NCBI GenBank assembly: GCA_973895155.1
Contig: OZ316898.1
Coordinates: forward strand, 560,751 to 624,750
Source of the DNA: Marsupella aquatica
Taxonomy: Eukaryota > Plantae > Marchantiophyta
DNA length: 64,000 nt
Direction of reading: 5' to 3'
Shown here: in pieces, positions 1 to 12,400 of the stretch
How positions within the stretch are numbered: the stretch's first letter is position 1
Layout of the letters: the number at the start of each line of letters is the position of its first letter
Program-made: the position numbers and the translations under genes
The notes under the pieces: model-generated
What the model saw: the letters and a program-made list of their open reading frames with translations, nothing else
Told to the model about the DNA's origin: nothing
The model's database searches: none

Positions 1-3000
1 ATTCATTTTCCAAAATCAATAGTATCATTCTGTTCGTGTTGTTTTTATGACGAACGTGTCATAGCCGAAAGGTCAGGGACAGCCTGGAAGGAAATGTTGC
101 GACCAATGGACGATACGGACAAAGATGCTAGTGATTTCATGCTTTGCATTGACAGTTTGCATTCCAGGTAAATCGACACAAAGAGATACACTCCTCGGGA
201 CTCATGGACGACCTGGAAGGGCTGATCATCGGTCGGTGCGGCCAAGTCTGCACATGGATCTTTGAGCGATTGGTGCGCAGTGGATGATTGTGGTAATGCT
301 GTGGTACCACAGAGGACTTCGTTGCGATGATTTGCAAAGCTTTCTCACCGAATCCGATCTGAAAAGTCGTTTACGATACAGCACATTTCCAGGCGGTTTC
401 CAGGTCAATCTACACAAAGAAATTGCACGTATAGAGCACAGCTGAGTCGCCTCCCGTGCCTTGACGACGGGTGTGCTGTCTGTAGAGTTGTGGAGAGACA
501 GTCCTAGCCTGCAGGCCTTTAGACTAAGCACAAGCAATTATCGGGAGCAGTTTCCTTGTAGCTGTTCACAAGTTCAACCTTTCAATTGCCCTGAAAGATC
601 TTTTTTAATTCCATTCGCAAAGACAGCATAGCATATAAACAGGTGGTCCCAAAGGGTAACACCGGGGGTGGACCGAAGTTGAACCTGTGAATTGATCTGA
701 AGTGCCGATTGGCCTTGCCGGAAGTAGATTATGGACATCGTCTTTTCTTTTGTCGTTGTTCGGGCAAAAATGAGATTCATTCAAGCTTTATAAAGGTTCC
801 TGCAGAGCGGTGGCAGGAGCAGATCCGGCGGCGGCTGGTCGGCGAGGGAGCCATTCGAGCACGATATCCCTCGACTGCGTGGAGCGGGAACTGATTGTTG
901 CTTTGTTTCCCGCCGTTTGGATGGCAAGTGCAACTCGTTGATAGATGGACTGGATTTTACAGTAGTTGGGTCGTGTATTGCCTTCCTCACCACACCTGAA
1001 AGCAATGCAGACCACTCCTCGCGGCCGGAAGCACAATAGCACATGGATGGTAACGAGGACTTGCAGACGTAGGAAAGTGTCGACTCTCGCCGTCCAGCTG
1101 CTATAAGTTTTTAGTTCTGACATCGTTAGCGAGATGTCAAGTCACAGTGGCCTCTGGGGCACAAGGTACACTCCAGTTTTTGAGCTTACTTTTGCTTACA
1201 GACCTTGCAGACCAATTACCAGTCCACATCCGACGAACAGTGTTACTGGCCTCATGAATGCCATTTTTGCCACTGAACGCATCATACTTGAAAGTATAGT
1301 CCAGAGGAACCACAGTAGTTGCGTAATTTCCCTAACCGTGAACTTTTCATTCTTCACATTCATCAAATAACTTGCATGAAGTTGACAACAATGCGGACAT
1401 AGAATTCCTCCACATAGCTCAAAGCATTAAATAACCTGATTTCGATATTAAAGCGCGTATGATCTCACTCCCCTGGCCAACCTTTACCGTAGTTCATTAG
1501 CCGATCTCCTTGTGGACACGACACTTACAGAGCCTTTATCTTTCAAGGGGTCTATGCGAAGCTCTCGGCTGCTCTCAATTTGAGCTATTCCTAGTATTAT
1601 TATGAATCAGCAGAAAACCTGTGAAACTCAAGGCCAATGAATCTACTCATTCGAGTGTCGATGACAACAGCTTCGCGGTGAAGGCAGCAAAATTCGAGTA
1701 ACAGAAGTTCGTCAGATCCCATAACCAGCAAGATCAAATGGGATGCCCACTGTTCTATGTGAAATCAGCACCATCACGAATTGTTGAGGCTTTCGTCTCT
1801 TGTAAACAATGAATACAGAACAGAGATGTTGATGGATAGGTCCTTGGTTTGAACTTCATGTCCAATTCAAGTTCGTTCAATCGCGTCGCGAACAAGATGG
1901 AAATATGTACGTCATATGCGGCCCTGACCAGTCCAGCTTCACCCGTCGTGAGCAATGTGTGAACATAAGACGTCAAGGTTGCCACAAGAATCACTTATTG
2001 TGGTCCCTGTCGATGTACAGCTTCGACCGAAGTGCTTGGATGTGAGAAATAAGAAGCTAGCCTCGGCGTGTAGTCGACATATTAACTGTGATGGGTGATC
2101 GACGATATAACTCGGATTTAAAAATGCTGAATTTTGATGCAAATCGTCTCCCCCGTCTCAGTATCCATAGGCAGTTCTTTGGATGTGAAGATCGTAGACG
2201 CAGTGGTGAATGGAGCAAACTCTGCAAAGCTTCTCCGTTGAAGCAAAAATCAGGAGTCAATGCGCAAGGTACCTCCAATCATTGGCAAATTAATCAGTAT
2301 CATTGTGTCCTTTCGCTGCATATCTAAACTCATGCAGTGCTTGAAACAATTACTTTTAAATTCAGAGCGGTTTCCTCTTTGAAAAACGAAATTACTTTTA
2401 AATTCACCTTGTGCTGGGAGCGTTGTGCCTACCGCACTCTACGAGCTTGGCCTAGTCATTAGGTGCCAATTATTACCCAACGATGGCCTCGTCCTTGTGT
2501 CTGTCGCTGGTGCATTGGAGCTTTGACTCACATATCACCAGATTCACCGTAACAACTGCAGTAGTGATTGCGTGCCTTCATCACATACTGCAGATTATGT
2601 AAATCACCCGTGACATTGGTATGCGATAGGGGATGGCCGCGACGACAAGTAGTAAACATTTGAGCAACAATAAGTTGAATTGGAGAGCTAAATGCACGTG
2701 GTCTTTCGAGAGCTTCCGAGCTCAGGCATGACTGACTTCAACACTGCGTCGGACATTATTGCACGGGGGGGTCTCATTGAATTGTTGTGAGTCCCGATCT
2801 GCCATTTGCGCCAGAGCCTTCGGCGTGAAGTAATTCCTTTCTACGGTCAAAACCATTTGATGTGAGACACCTCTCAGTTCGTTCTTGATTACCCGTCTAC
2901 GTCTTATCGTTTATTTGAGTTCGAGTCACGGACTCCACCCACCGGCTTTGTGTGTAGACAGGACGACCGATCGGACAATCTAGTCAAGTAAATTTCCATA

Positions 3001-3635
3001 CAAATATATTCTGGAGCTAAACGAGGGTCTTGGAAGCCGCTCTGCTTTGTAGACAGATCACATTCGAATGAATTTCTATAGGAATGACTTTTGAGCTGAG
3101 CCAGAGTTGCTTGGAGGATCATTTTGGGACCATCTGCTTGAACACCCCCTAGAGGAGATCAACAGGGAGAAGGAAAGGGCGACCCGGTGTAAGGCTGGGC
3201 TATTAAAGGGGATAGACACCAAAAAGGAAACGGCACCCGGGAGTAAAGCCACACCTCAGAGAGAGGAGACTGTAGAAGGGGTAACCCGAGGAGTAAGAAC
3301 TTTCCAACCCTCTTCATATGGTAGACTAGCCGCGTGTGCGACATACACAGTCGCGCTTTACATCCATAAAATACGAAGCAGCATATGATTCAGGAGAGCC
3401 AGAGCCGGTTATCATCGGATAAGGAAGGTCCACGTCTCGTCATCACTGGTTCTCTCGCGTGACGGTGTCTACGGAGGAAGCAATTTTCAATGCTCTGTTC
3501 TCCAATGCGATATGGCACAGTATCGACCACCTCTTGAACCACCAAACAGAGTGTTCTGCACATGAGTGCTGAAGACTGTACTACTACTAGTGTAGTGCAC
3601 TCGAAAACTCTCGTTGGTGCGCTTCGCAGGCAGTC

Positions 3636-6600
3636 ATGCAAGCCATGGGGTCGCTGATCGTCCCGCGACATTATTATGTGCAATCCTCGGCGGTACGCTG
3701 TGGGTTGGCTGAACCGTCCGGTCGGCCCGCTCCTGTGGGCCAAAAGACTAAGTACAATGATTCGTTCTTTGACAAGGCTTTCATGAGAGTATTCACCACA
3801 AAGATGGAGGAGTTCACAGGTACATGTTCTTTCATTGTGCCGCAAATCGATTAAGCTCGATCTTATTTTCAGGAGACCAGATAGTCGTTCTCAGTGGGCT
3901 CTGAACAGAAATGAGCATCTTAGCAGAAAGCGAAATTAGAAGTGTTCTGACTACCTGTTTAATTGCACTAGATGGCAAATGAATCGAATCTAAGTTTCAA
4001 GCTATACCGAATTGTATAGCTTGGAAGTAGACTTAAGCTACCCTCGTGTAAAATGTTCTACTACCGCACATGAATCGACGATAGGATCTATCCGGACCAG
4101 CAGGGGAGCTTAAATTTACGAGCTCCCTAACTCAGGGGACGTGTTGTGCACTGTTTTCAGTCCAACGTAATCCTAGTCTAAATAGCATTTGTGTCAGTTG
4201 TAAAGTTTATTCGTAGTAAAGGCTGACTAGTTTAACAGAATTGCCCACGCAAAGTGTACGTTGTTCATTAGGGGTATCTCGTGAGTCGCCTACCCCGCTA
4301 TGTTTTGTTCGTGCCTACTCGCAGCCATCCTCAATTTGTGGAAGACAAAGTAGGAAACTAAAGCAGAATTTGGCTGTAATTGAGGATGATTCGGCTTTGC
4401 GATAGTTTTTACCTGGCCAATTACACCAGCGTCGCGACCGCCATGAACAATCAAAGCAGGTTTTCTTTTGAAGCACTCAATTTTTTAGCTGTGCAAACAG
4501 TACTCCGGTTGTTATACCAGGAGGAACCCTTGCGCAGATGCTGCTTCAGCTATTCAATGCAGCTAGACCACTGGAGGAAACATTGAGTACATATGTCGGA
4601 GGAGTATTTCTGAGATGTTGGAGGTCTATCTTGTGAAAAATTGCGTCGGCTCTTACCGTTTTGAAGTTACAAACATCACTTCTCTGCTCTATTATGATTT
4701 AAAAAGTGACAGGGGATGATTGAAATGTACTACACATACCACTCTCTTCTTGTAAGACGGCATTTAAGCTGCAATTTGGAATAAAGCAAGGCCATATGGT
4801 CGAGTTTTCTGGGTTTAGAGATCCCCCTCTTAAGTTTGATCTGTGTCCTAATTATTTTTTCCAAATGATTTCTTGTTGCAGGGACAGCCACCAGCTCCGA
4901 GGGATATGAAGGGCTCGTGGACATTTCGAGAAAAGTAATGCAGGGCAGAAACTCTCAAGAAATACGTGCAGCAGTCCGCCAAGTTTTATTGTCTACTCTA
5001 CCACCTGGGGCACCAGAGCGGGTACTTAATTTTATTGGCCAAACCAGAGCGTCTGACAGAACATGCCATGTCTAGACCAACCGAGAGCCGGAGAATATTT
5101 CGAAACCTTTCTTTCTAACACAATGAGGAGAATCCCCAAAAATGCTGGCCTATCAAATTTGGAATTTTGTATCAGATCGATATGTTTCCCAAGCCATCTG
5201 TTTAAAAAGGACCTATGAGTATGGCTCGTGTTGAACTAAAAAATTGGTATAGTAGATTTTGTATTGTTTTTTTTAAGTTGTCTTGAGACCTTTTGGACAT
5301 TATGGTTTCAATTTCACTTCCATGGTTTCGATTTCACTGCCATGTAGATTAGATATAGTCCTGTTTTCACTTAATCAACAATTTCTTACTTAGCTTTGGA
5401 AGCTAGTTCTTGAGACTGGTGACTTTCGTTTTGCAGTTTCGAAAGTGGTTCCCTCCTACCAAGTGGTCTTGCGAATTTAATGCCTTCATCACTGTCCCTG
5501 TTTTTCAATGGCTCGTGGGTCCATGTGAAGTGAGTACACTCCTCTTCGTCCCCTGCTATCCTGTGGGTTTCTTCAGAGAACTCTGTACTACTCAGACGTG
5601 GGTCCATGGTTTGACTGCTTCCGAGCTAAGGCTTTGGCCAAACCAGTTATTGACCCCTTGTTATCTTGAGTACCGCAGATAGTCGATGTTGAGTTGAATG
5701 GTGTCACGCAGAAGAGCCTTGTAAAGATCACCAAGTGCAGGTAAGCACTACCTCATAGTCGATATTTATAAATGACTTCTTTTGCTTTGCTTGCGTATAC
5801 AACTTTGGAGCTCCAGAAGTAAGAATGCATGCTTATGATCCATGGATTCTCCACAGAACTACAAAAGGACTCTGGACCTATGTCTTCCTGAAGTCTCTGT
5901 AAAATCGGTTGTCCTATGGAAGTCATGTACAGAGAATTCTCCCGTATTGTGGAAAGTAGGGCTTGACAATGAGTCGGCGTTCTAATCGACCTCAAATCAA
6001 AATATGACAGATATCTGGAGAACAGTGGCTGTGTTGGCATGTGTGTAAACATGTGCAAACTTCCCACACAAGATTTTTTCACCAAGGAATTCGGGCTTCC
6101 CCTGACCATGAATCCCAGTAGGTCACTAAACTCTAATGTATCTTCTGTTAGTATCTTTTTGAGACTTGGTTTCAATGTTTTCACCAAGGAATTCGGGCTT
6201 CCCCTGACCATGAATTCCAGTAGCTAAACTTTAGTGTATCTTTTGTTAGTATGTTTTTTGAGACTCGGTTTCAATGTTCTGAATGGACGTTCCTGCTGTG
6301 GCTAACTGAAATATCAAGATTAAGAACGTTCTGGAAGAGTACGTCCGTGACGCTTGTGACAAACAGGGTTTCGTTGAAGAGTACTCGTCGCATTCCTGTC
6401 GAGGAACGGTTAAGCAGGATGCAATATCGTGCACATTGTGTGCAGGATCAAAGTGGCAGATTGGAAGTCTGTGCTGTTAACACAGCGATTATGTATACAG
6501 ATTTTGAAGATATGAGCTGTGAAATGATTTATGGCCAAATGCCACCTCCTCTAGAGGAAGATCCAGCTTTCCAGCAACCTTGTTTCAAAGATATTTGTGA

Positions 6601-6830
6601 GTTCCATAGCATGATTAAAGTTCATAATTATTCTTGTCTATAGGTTAATCATTCCCTTTGTATGTCTGGTTACAACGCTGTGGCGATGGTCTCCAGTTAC
6701 TTTGTCACGTAGTATGCGGTTTGTTTGATACGTAGTTCACTACTTTCTGACTTTCACACATGCTATATCTGTGCTTCCAGGTACGATGGCAAATCCAAAC
6801 ACCCCAACATGTCCAAAACTTCAAAGCTGA
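3636..6830 (+). CDS. D27L1: Beta-carotene isomerase D27-like protein (DUF4033; D27-LIKE1 type), 7 coding exons: 3636-3819, 4882-5021, 5437-5529, 5679-5740, 6011-6117, 6501-6596, 6781-6830
   Basis: GT-AG spliced translation gives [30 protein letters not shown]...[16 protein letters not shown]...[43 protein letters not shown]...[54 protein letters not shown]...[23 protein letters not shown]. This closely matches plant D27-like proteins, and exon phases are consistent. The start codon is less certain. Confidence 0.93.
6076..6278 (+). repeat. 102-bp tandem duplication spanning the exon 5 / intron 5 boundary of the D27-like gene
   Basis: TTTTCACCAAGGAATTCGGGCTTCCCCTGACCATGAAT...GAGACT(T/C)GGTTTCAATGTT occurs at 6076 and again at 6178. 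Confidence 0.95.
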
Positions 6831-7989
6831 GCATGTTAAAGCAATTCGGCACCCATATTAGTAAGATGGTTCCTCTCACTGAGCTATTCTGAATTATATT
6901 ATTGCTCTTGTCAGTGTCACCAATGATCTACCATCATCTTCCTTCGTGCTGATGTCCTTAGCAGGCGCCAAGCATAGAGATTGTATACACTTCGATCAGT
7001 TGCAGAGTACAATTTTGTATATTAAAAACTCTGAAAATTATGATAAAATTCTTCTAATTTTATACCTGTAACATCAGGAACACTCTCAAAAGTGACCTGG
7101 CTCTCATCACATCGAGTTTCTGGACCCGTCATGGTTTACAAGTTGTCAGAATAATTCACTCATGCACAGCACTGTTTGCAACTACCTACCCCTTTTGCAC
7201 AGACCCTGACAAACTTCTTGCACTCTAACAAACCTCAAAGTGAGGTGCAGGACAGGTAGAATCCGGAATCTTTGATAGACACGCGGGCGGTCACAAATTC
7301 AATTTCCTGGCTGTATGGTGAATTTGAAGAAATTGCCGATTTTCCACATCTCCAAGAAATATGACATGTCACTTAGGCACACAGCCAGTCTAAGTGTACG
7401 ACATATGGTGAACACATTCCTTTAGGAGGATTGCTACACCAAGTACTGGTAATCTGTAACGGAAATGTACTGCGAAAGAACCTCTGATGGTCCAAAAAAC
7501 GCACTGTTCTGGTCACGAAGGACAGTCGAGTCCAGCGCTTTCAATGGCAACACAATCCAAAGTACACATTAAGCGCTCCAGTTTGTGGTCAGTTGAGTTT
7601 GCCGTTTCAGTGCTAAGCTTGGGATCACCTGTTATTTGCATACACAAATATAGCAAGTATCTTCGACATTTGGAAATGCTCAAGCCGAGGCTCGATCTGC
7701 ATCGAAACAGTAAAACATAAACAAGTGAGATGGCCCTCCCTCAAAAACACGCAAGCTTCTCTACTGAGCATCTCAACTTCCGTCATAAAACAAGAATCCC
7801 AATACTTCTCACCTGGAACTTTCATCCTTCAGTAAAATGACAACAAAACTCACATATGATTCGTAGATTACAGTATACTCAATTAGTATCTACCCAAGGT
7901 GAAATATAGGAGCCATTTCTGCGCTATGAATGAGACTGAATAAACAAAATAAAATCAGTGAAGTATTTTTGTAGCCTAGTCAGCACATC

Positions 7990-9421
7990 TTATAACTTGC
8001 CTTCCCCTTCCTCCTCTGCGTTGTCGCCTTCCTCATCCTCGGCGTCAGGCTCGTACTCCTCTTGATCATTCTCAGGGGTTGTCTTGCCAATGGGAATCAG
8101 ATTGGAGTTGGCTGTCCGGATTTCATTTAGCTGCACAGCAGAATTTTGCTCCACCTTAGCCTCAACGGTCAGAGTAGAGAAACACCGAGGAAAAAGAAAG
8201 AAGCCAGGGTAAGGACCGAGGTCAAACAGACACACAAAGCTACAGATATTTTGCTACAACTTCGTAAGCATAGAGGAACACTGCCCTATATTCTTGCTAC
8301 GAAATCCAATTCTCCAGGTTGAAAGGAACTTCTACTAGGCCATTCCTCTTCTAACTTTTCTTACTCGGCCATTCAACCGCGGAGAGTAGGCAGAATATCT
8401 TTTACAACATGAGTGGAATACTGAGCGTAAGTAGCGTTCAATAGCATGTAGCCCATAAAGCAAGCCCTACTGATAGTGTCGACTCAGTGACGTGGGGGTT
8501 GGTGGGTCCTTTCAGCTGAGGGATCCGGGAAAGGTGTGGTCGGAAGTGGGAGGGTCTCTTAGATTAGAATTAGTGTTGTCCTGATACAAGCACCATGGCA
8601 CAGTTCAAAAACTAAGAGCGTGGGGACAAGAAAGGCGGAGAAAACATGTAGTTTGGTTTTACAGTACAAGTTTCTGAGGTAATTCTCCCTTGGGTGAAAA
8701 AGGGTCTAGTTTCCATCTTTCTCCAACGCTCCCATGCCTGGGAAGGAAGGGCGAGAGAGAACTGTAAATCTAGCTTTAGAATCTAGTTTGAGGCCAGAGG
8801 AATCAAGAATGTTCAACCAAAATAAAAATTCCACTTCTGCAACAGCGGTCCCAATTTGGCACCCTGTTTTCAGCATGGCTTACCGACTGGGCTCTAGGTA
8901 TATACAGCTTTTAAGAAATCTTTACTCGTCGCAAGAAAAAACGAGCATCGTCATTTGGTGCAATTAACCTCGGCAGACATGAAGAAATACGTGATCGAAA
9001 TCCTCTCGACATATACTCAACTGCAAGTTCTGAACAATTTGAGACCTCCACAATCAAGAATGCGCATAAGCGCACTGATCCTTCTAGGCAAGGCTATTAG
9101 TTGTAGCCAAGTTCTGCTGAGTGTTAATGTGCTTTCACTCACTCAAAAAAAGAAAATAAGCGTGATCGGAGTGTTAAATTGTTAAATTTTCAGCCCAAAA
9201 TAAATGAATATATTCATCGCTAACAGTGATTTACGATGTAGCTAATTTCCGGCAAGCAAATGTAGCCAAAAAATCGCGGCAGCCCGCTCAGAGCACAAAT
9301 ATACCTTTTCTTCGTAGTCAGCCTCCTCCTGGGCAAGCACCGCTTCCTCATTGTAATGGCTGTGCAAGTCGGAATAGAAAACATCGAAAGAGGGAACAAC
9401 CAGAGACGGAAAATCAATCAT
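7990..9421 (-). CDS. APC15: Anaphase-promoting complex subunit 15; coding exons 9421-9305 and 8130-7990 (C-terminus may be spliced further at a GC donor)
   Basis: Spliced translation MIDFPSLVVPSFDVFYSDLHSHYNEEAVLAQEEADYEEK|LNEIRTANSNLIPIGKTTPENDQEEYEPDAEDEEGDNAEEEGEGKL. The FPSL start, helix, NLIPIGK motif and acidic tail are APC15 hallmarks. Donor AAG|GTATAT at 9304, acceptor TGCAG|CTA at 8131. Confidence 0.85.
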
Positions 9422-12400
9422 TGTTCTCTCCTCTGAATCGTTCGATATGGTCCAAGGTTTCTCAAAAAATCAGCAGCGTGCCACCTGCTTCGACCTCGTA
9501 TACGCGTCCCAACGGGTATCAATCAGTCGGTCGTTTTCAAAACTTCTATACAACCTCCCCAGTGAGATTCAAACGAAACAGCAATCTCAAGCCGCAGATT
9601 AAATACATACAGACACACAAATGTTGTGAAATATCTCTACACCGAAACGCAGGCATTGCGTACTTCTCTATCATTTTCTGTTTAGACGGACTTTGAGCCC
9701 AACAAACTAGAAACACAGACAAAAGGTGCAGCTTCATAAGCAGATCTCCACAGTTAGAACCCACCTCTATCTCTGCGAAAACTATGATACCTCTCCGTAT
9801 GTCTCTGAAATAAACAAAACAGATATTTAGAGGATCGTTAGGGAGCTGACGCATTACCTTGGATGAGAGACAACATCCTTCTATGCTAATAAGTAGACCA
9901 CAACAGCCTCATGCATGAAATATAACGCGTAGATAGATGTTTGCACAATTTTTCTAAGAAGTTCGAATCAAAAGACACTTCTCTACATACAGTGCTGTCC
10001 CTTTGTGCTGTCCAATAAAGAGTCGACCTTGCTCAATGCTACGTAAGGTAAACTATGAGCTCAAGAAGATGAGCCTTGCTCAATGTCATGCAAGGTTGTT
10101 CCACTTCCGGCCCAGGGACTTGCACTTTGAGGTTCACAGAGAAATTTTCAACCTGTGTGAATCTCAAAATCAAGTCCAAAGGCCAAACAAATGTACTACA
10201 AGCTAAGATTGAACCTGAGACCAAACCTCGCACAAGCAGCGTTGGCAAGATTTTCTCTAACGTCCACGTCCGTCTCTCGGGGATCATTCACCAATCTATC
10301 TGTCTCACATGGACCAAATGGCGTCCCCAACTGATTCTACACCATCACATCCAGCTAGTTTATTTACAGAAGAAAAATTGTGCCAGCCGGTAGACCTGAT
10401 TGCTCACCACGAATCCAGAAGTTGCTTTGGACTCCGATTACGATCCATCCTCTCCAAGCACCACTATCTTTGCACTCTAGGCTTACAATCGAATCCCTAG
10501 CTTGCAGGTTGAAGGTCGAGTAAGAAAGGTCCAACGATTATGGAGACAAAAGTCTCAATCTCACCACTTGCCCTCTTGCCTTTGGCGTCCGTGTCCACCT
10601 GATTGTAGAATGATTTCATGTTCATATAAAAGCTTGATTGCCATGATCCTTCTCAGTTAAACTCATAGGTGTAGTTGGACTTATGGGATCGGCACTGAAT
10701 TTTGTAAAGCCTTGATTGAATGTCCACCGATAGCCCAAGGACGAAATTAATACACTGACATCTCTTCTGAATACAAGAATCCATGCTAATTGTATTTTCT
10801 AAAGTGGTAGCCTCAATGAAATCTCTATATAATCACGTAACTGTGCTCGCTTCAATGTGGTCCACCGCCTCGACTTTCGAACCAACCACAAAGCAAGACT
10901 CGCATTCGAAGATGCCAAGGCGACCACGACTCACATTGATAGAGCAAAGCATTAAGAGCTGAATCATGAGAAAGAAAGTACTCGAAACATTTCTCGAATG
11001 CCCAACAGCCTCAACGACGTTAGCCAAGAATAAAAGGAACAAAATCTTAAGAGTAGCTGACCCAATGTCTCACCCTTCTCAGAGCTTAAGGCAAAAACTA
11101 TCAGACGTCGACAACATGGTCCCCAGAAAACTGCAAAGCAAAAGCGAATACAGCTTGGTCGAGTCGATTGCGTTGCAAGTCGCTATCACGAACTTGCAAT
11201 TCAAGATCCAAAGGTATAGAGAAACTGCGCAATTGAACAACCACGCCATGAGAAACGCACCTTCTTCAATGCGCCAAAACCGATAAATCACATTTACACG
11301 AGCATCCAGTCGAGAAAGCGGCTCCGGAGTTGGATTCAACGCTCCACAGGCTACAGTCCATTGGGATGCAATTCACAGCTGGAGGCGGCATAATTTCGCT
11401 CGATCTCTACTGGTTGCATTTCAATGTGCATTCAACGAAGGGGCTGGTCGTCCTACTTCCCAGCTTCCAATTGACACACCCCACAAATCAATGCAGAGGA
11501 GAGCCTCACCAATAGTCTCCTCGCAGTAAACAGATAAACCGGACCGTGAAAATCCACAGATCTCCCACGCTCTCTCACTCCATCGATCCAGAACACTCTT
11601 GGAGGCACCTGAATGAACTCTTGTCCCTCTTGGATGGAGCTCGCTCCCTGCCTCGTCCAGAATGCCCTCCGTGTTGCTCTCCCCTATACTCACGGACCGC
11701 ACCTTCGCTGCTGCATCATTCTCCTCTGCCTCCGATCCTTTCGAGCTTACAATCAGAGTCGATCAACCTCCCTGCCTCCGATCAAGCCACACCGGAAAGT
11801 CTCTGAGGAGAAGAATCAGAGGCCCTCCTTATCTTTAGGTCTGCTCTGCTACAAAATCTGAGCTCCACCGGGAGTCTTGGGTTTTATGGTTTAGAGCATT
11901 TATTTTCCTGGAAAACCATACAGCTTTGACGAGTGAATTATGCAATGACTCATTAGCTTACCTATCTACCTATCTAATCTTAATAAAACAAATCACACGC
12001 TACAGTAGGGAAAGGCTTATGGCCTAGACCGAAACCTCTACTGTGACTATGTGGCACATGTAGCGAAGCCTCTAGCCGGTGACTATAGGGCATGTAGAAT
12101 TGGGGGGAACTGAAAATGGGCAGACATTTATGAGCAAAAGCTTTGGCATTCAGGCTAGGTAACTTAATTATGCTCTGACCCATCAATGCATGTGTAACTC
12201 AAAGTAAAAAAGTTTACCTATAAAACATAAAGCAAACTCCCCCAACACACAATTTTGCCACCATATTTTTTTTTGGTTCTAAAGTAGAGCCAACTTCTTC
12301 TTCACACTTTATACATAGTTTTGCACTTTAATTTCAGGGATTTTTCATTGTTGGTTTCTTTTAAAACTCATCAAGGTTTTTCCTTAGTTAAATTTCTGGT

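Noticed and set aside
1-2000. Short ORFs and splice-like sites at the window start, with a weak repeat (TTCCAGGT.AATC.ACACAAAGA at about 162 and 398)
   Set aside because: No consistent spliced frame or recognisable protein; may be UTR of a gene outside the window.
10000-10700. Possible decayed LINE ORF2 C-terminus (DGVESVGDAIWS, minus strand)
   Set aside because: Only a vague zinc-finger-like resemblance; no RT motifs.
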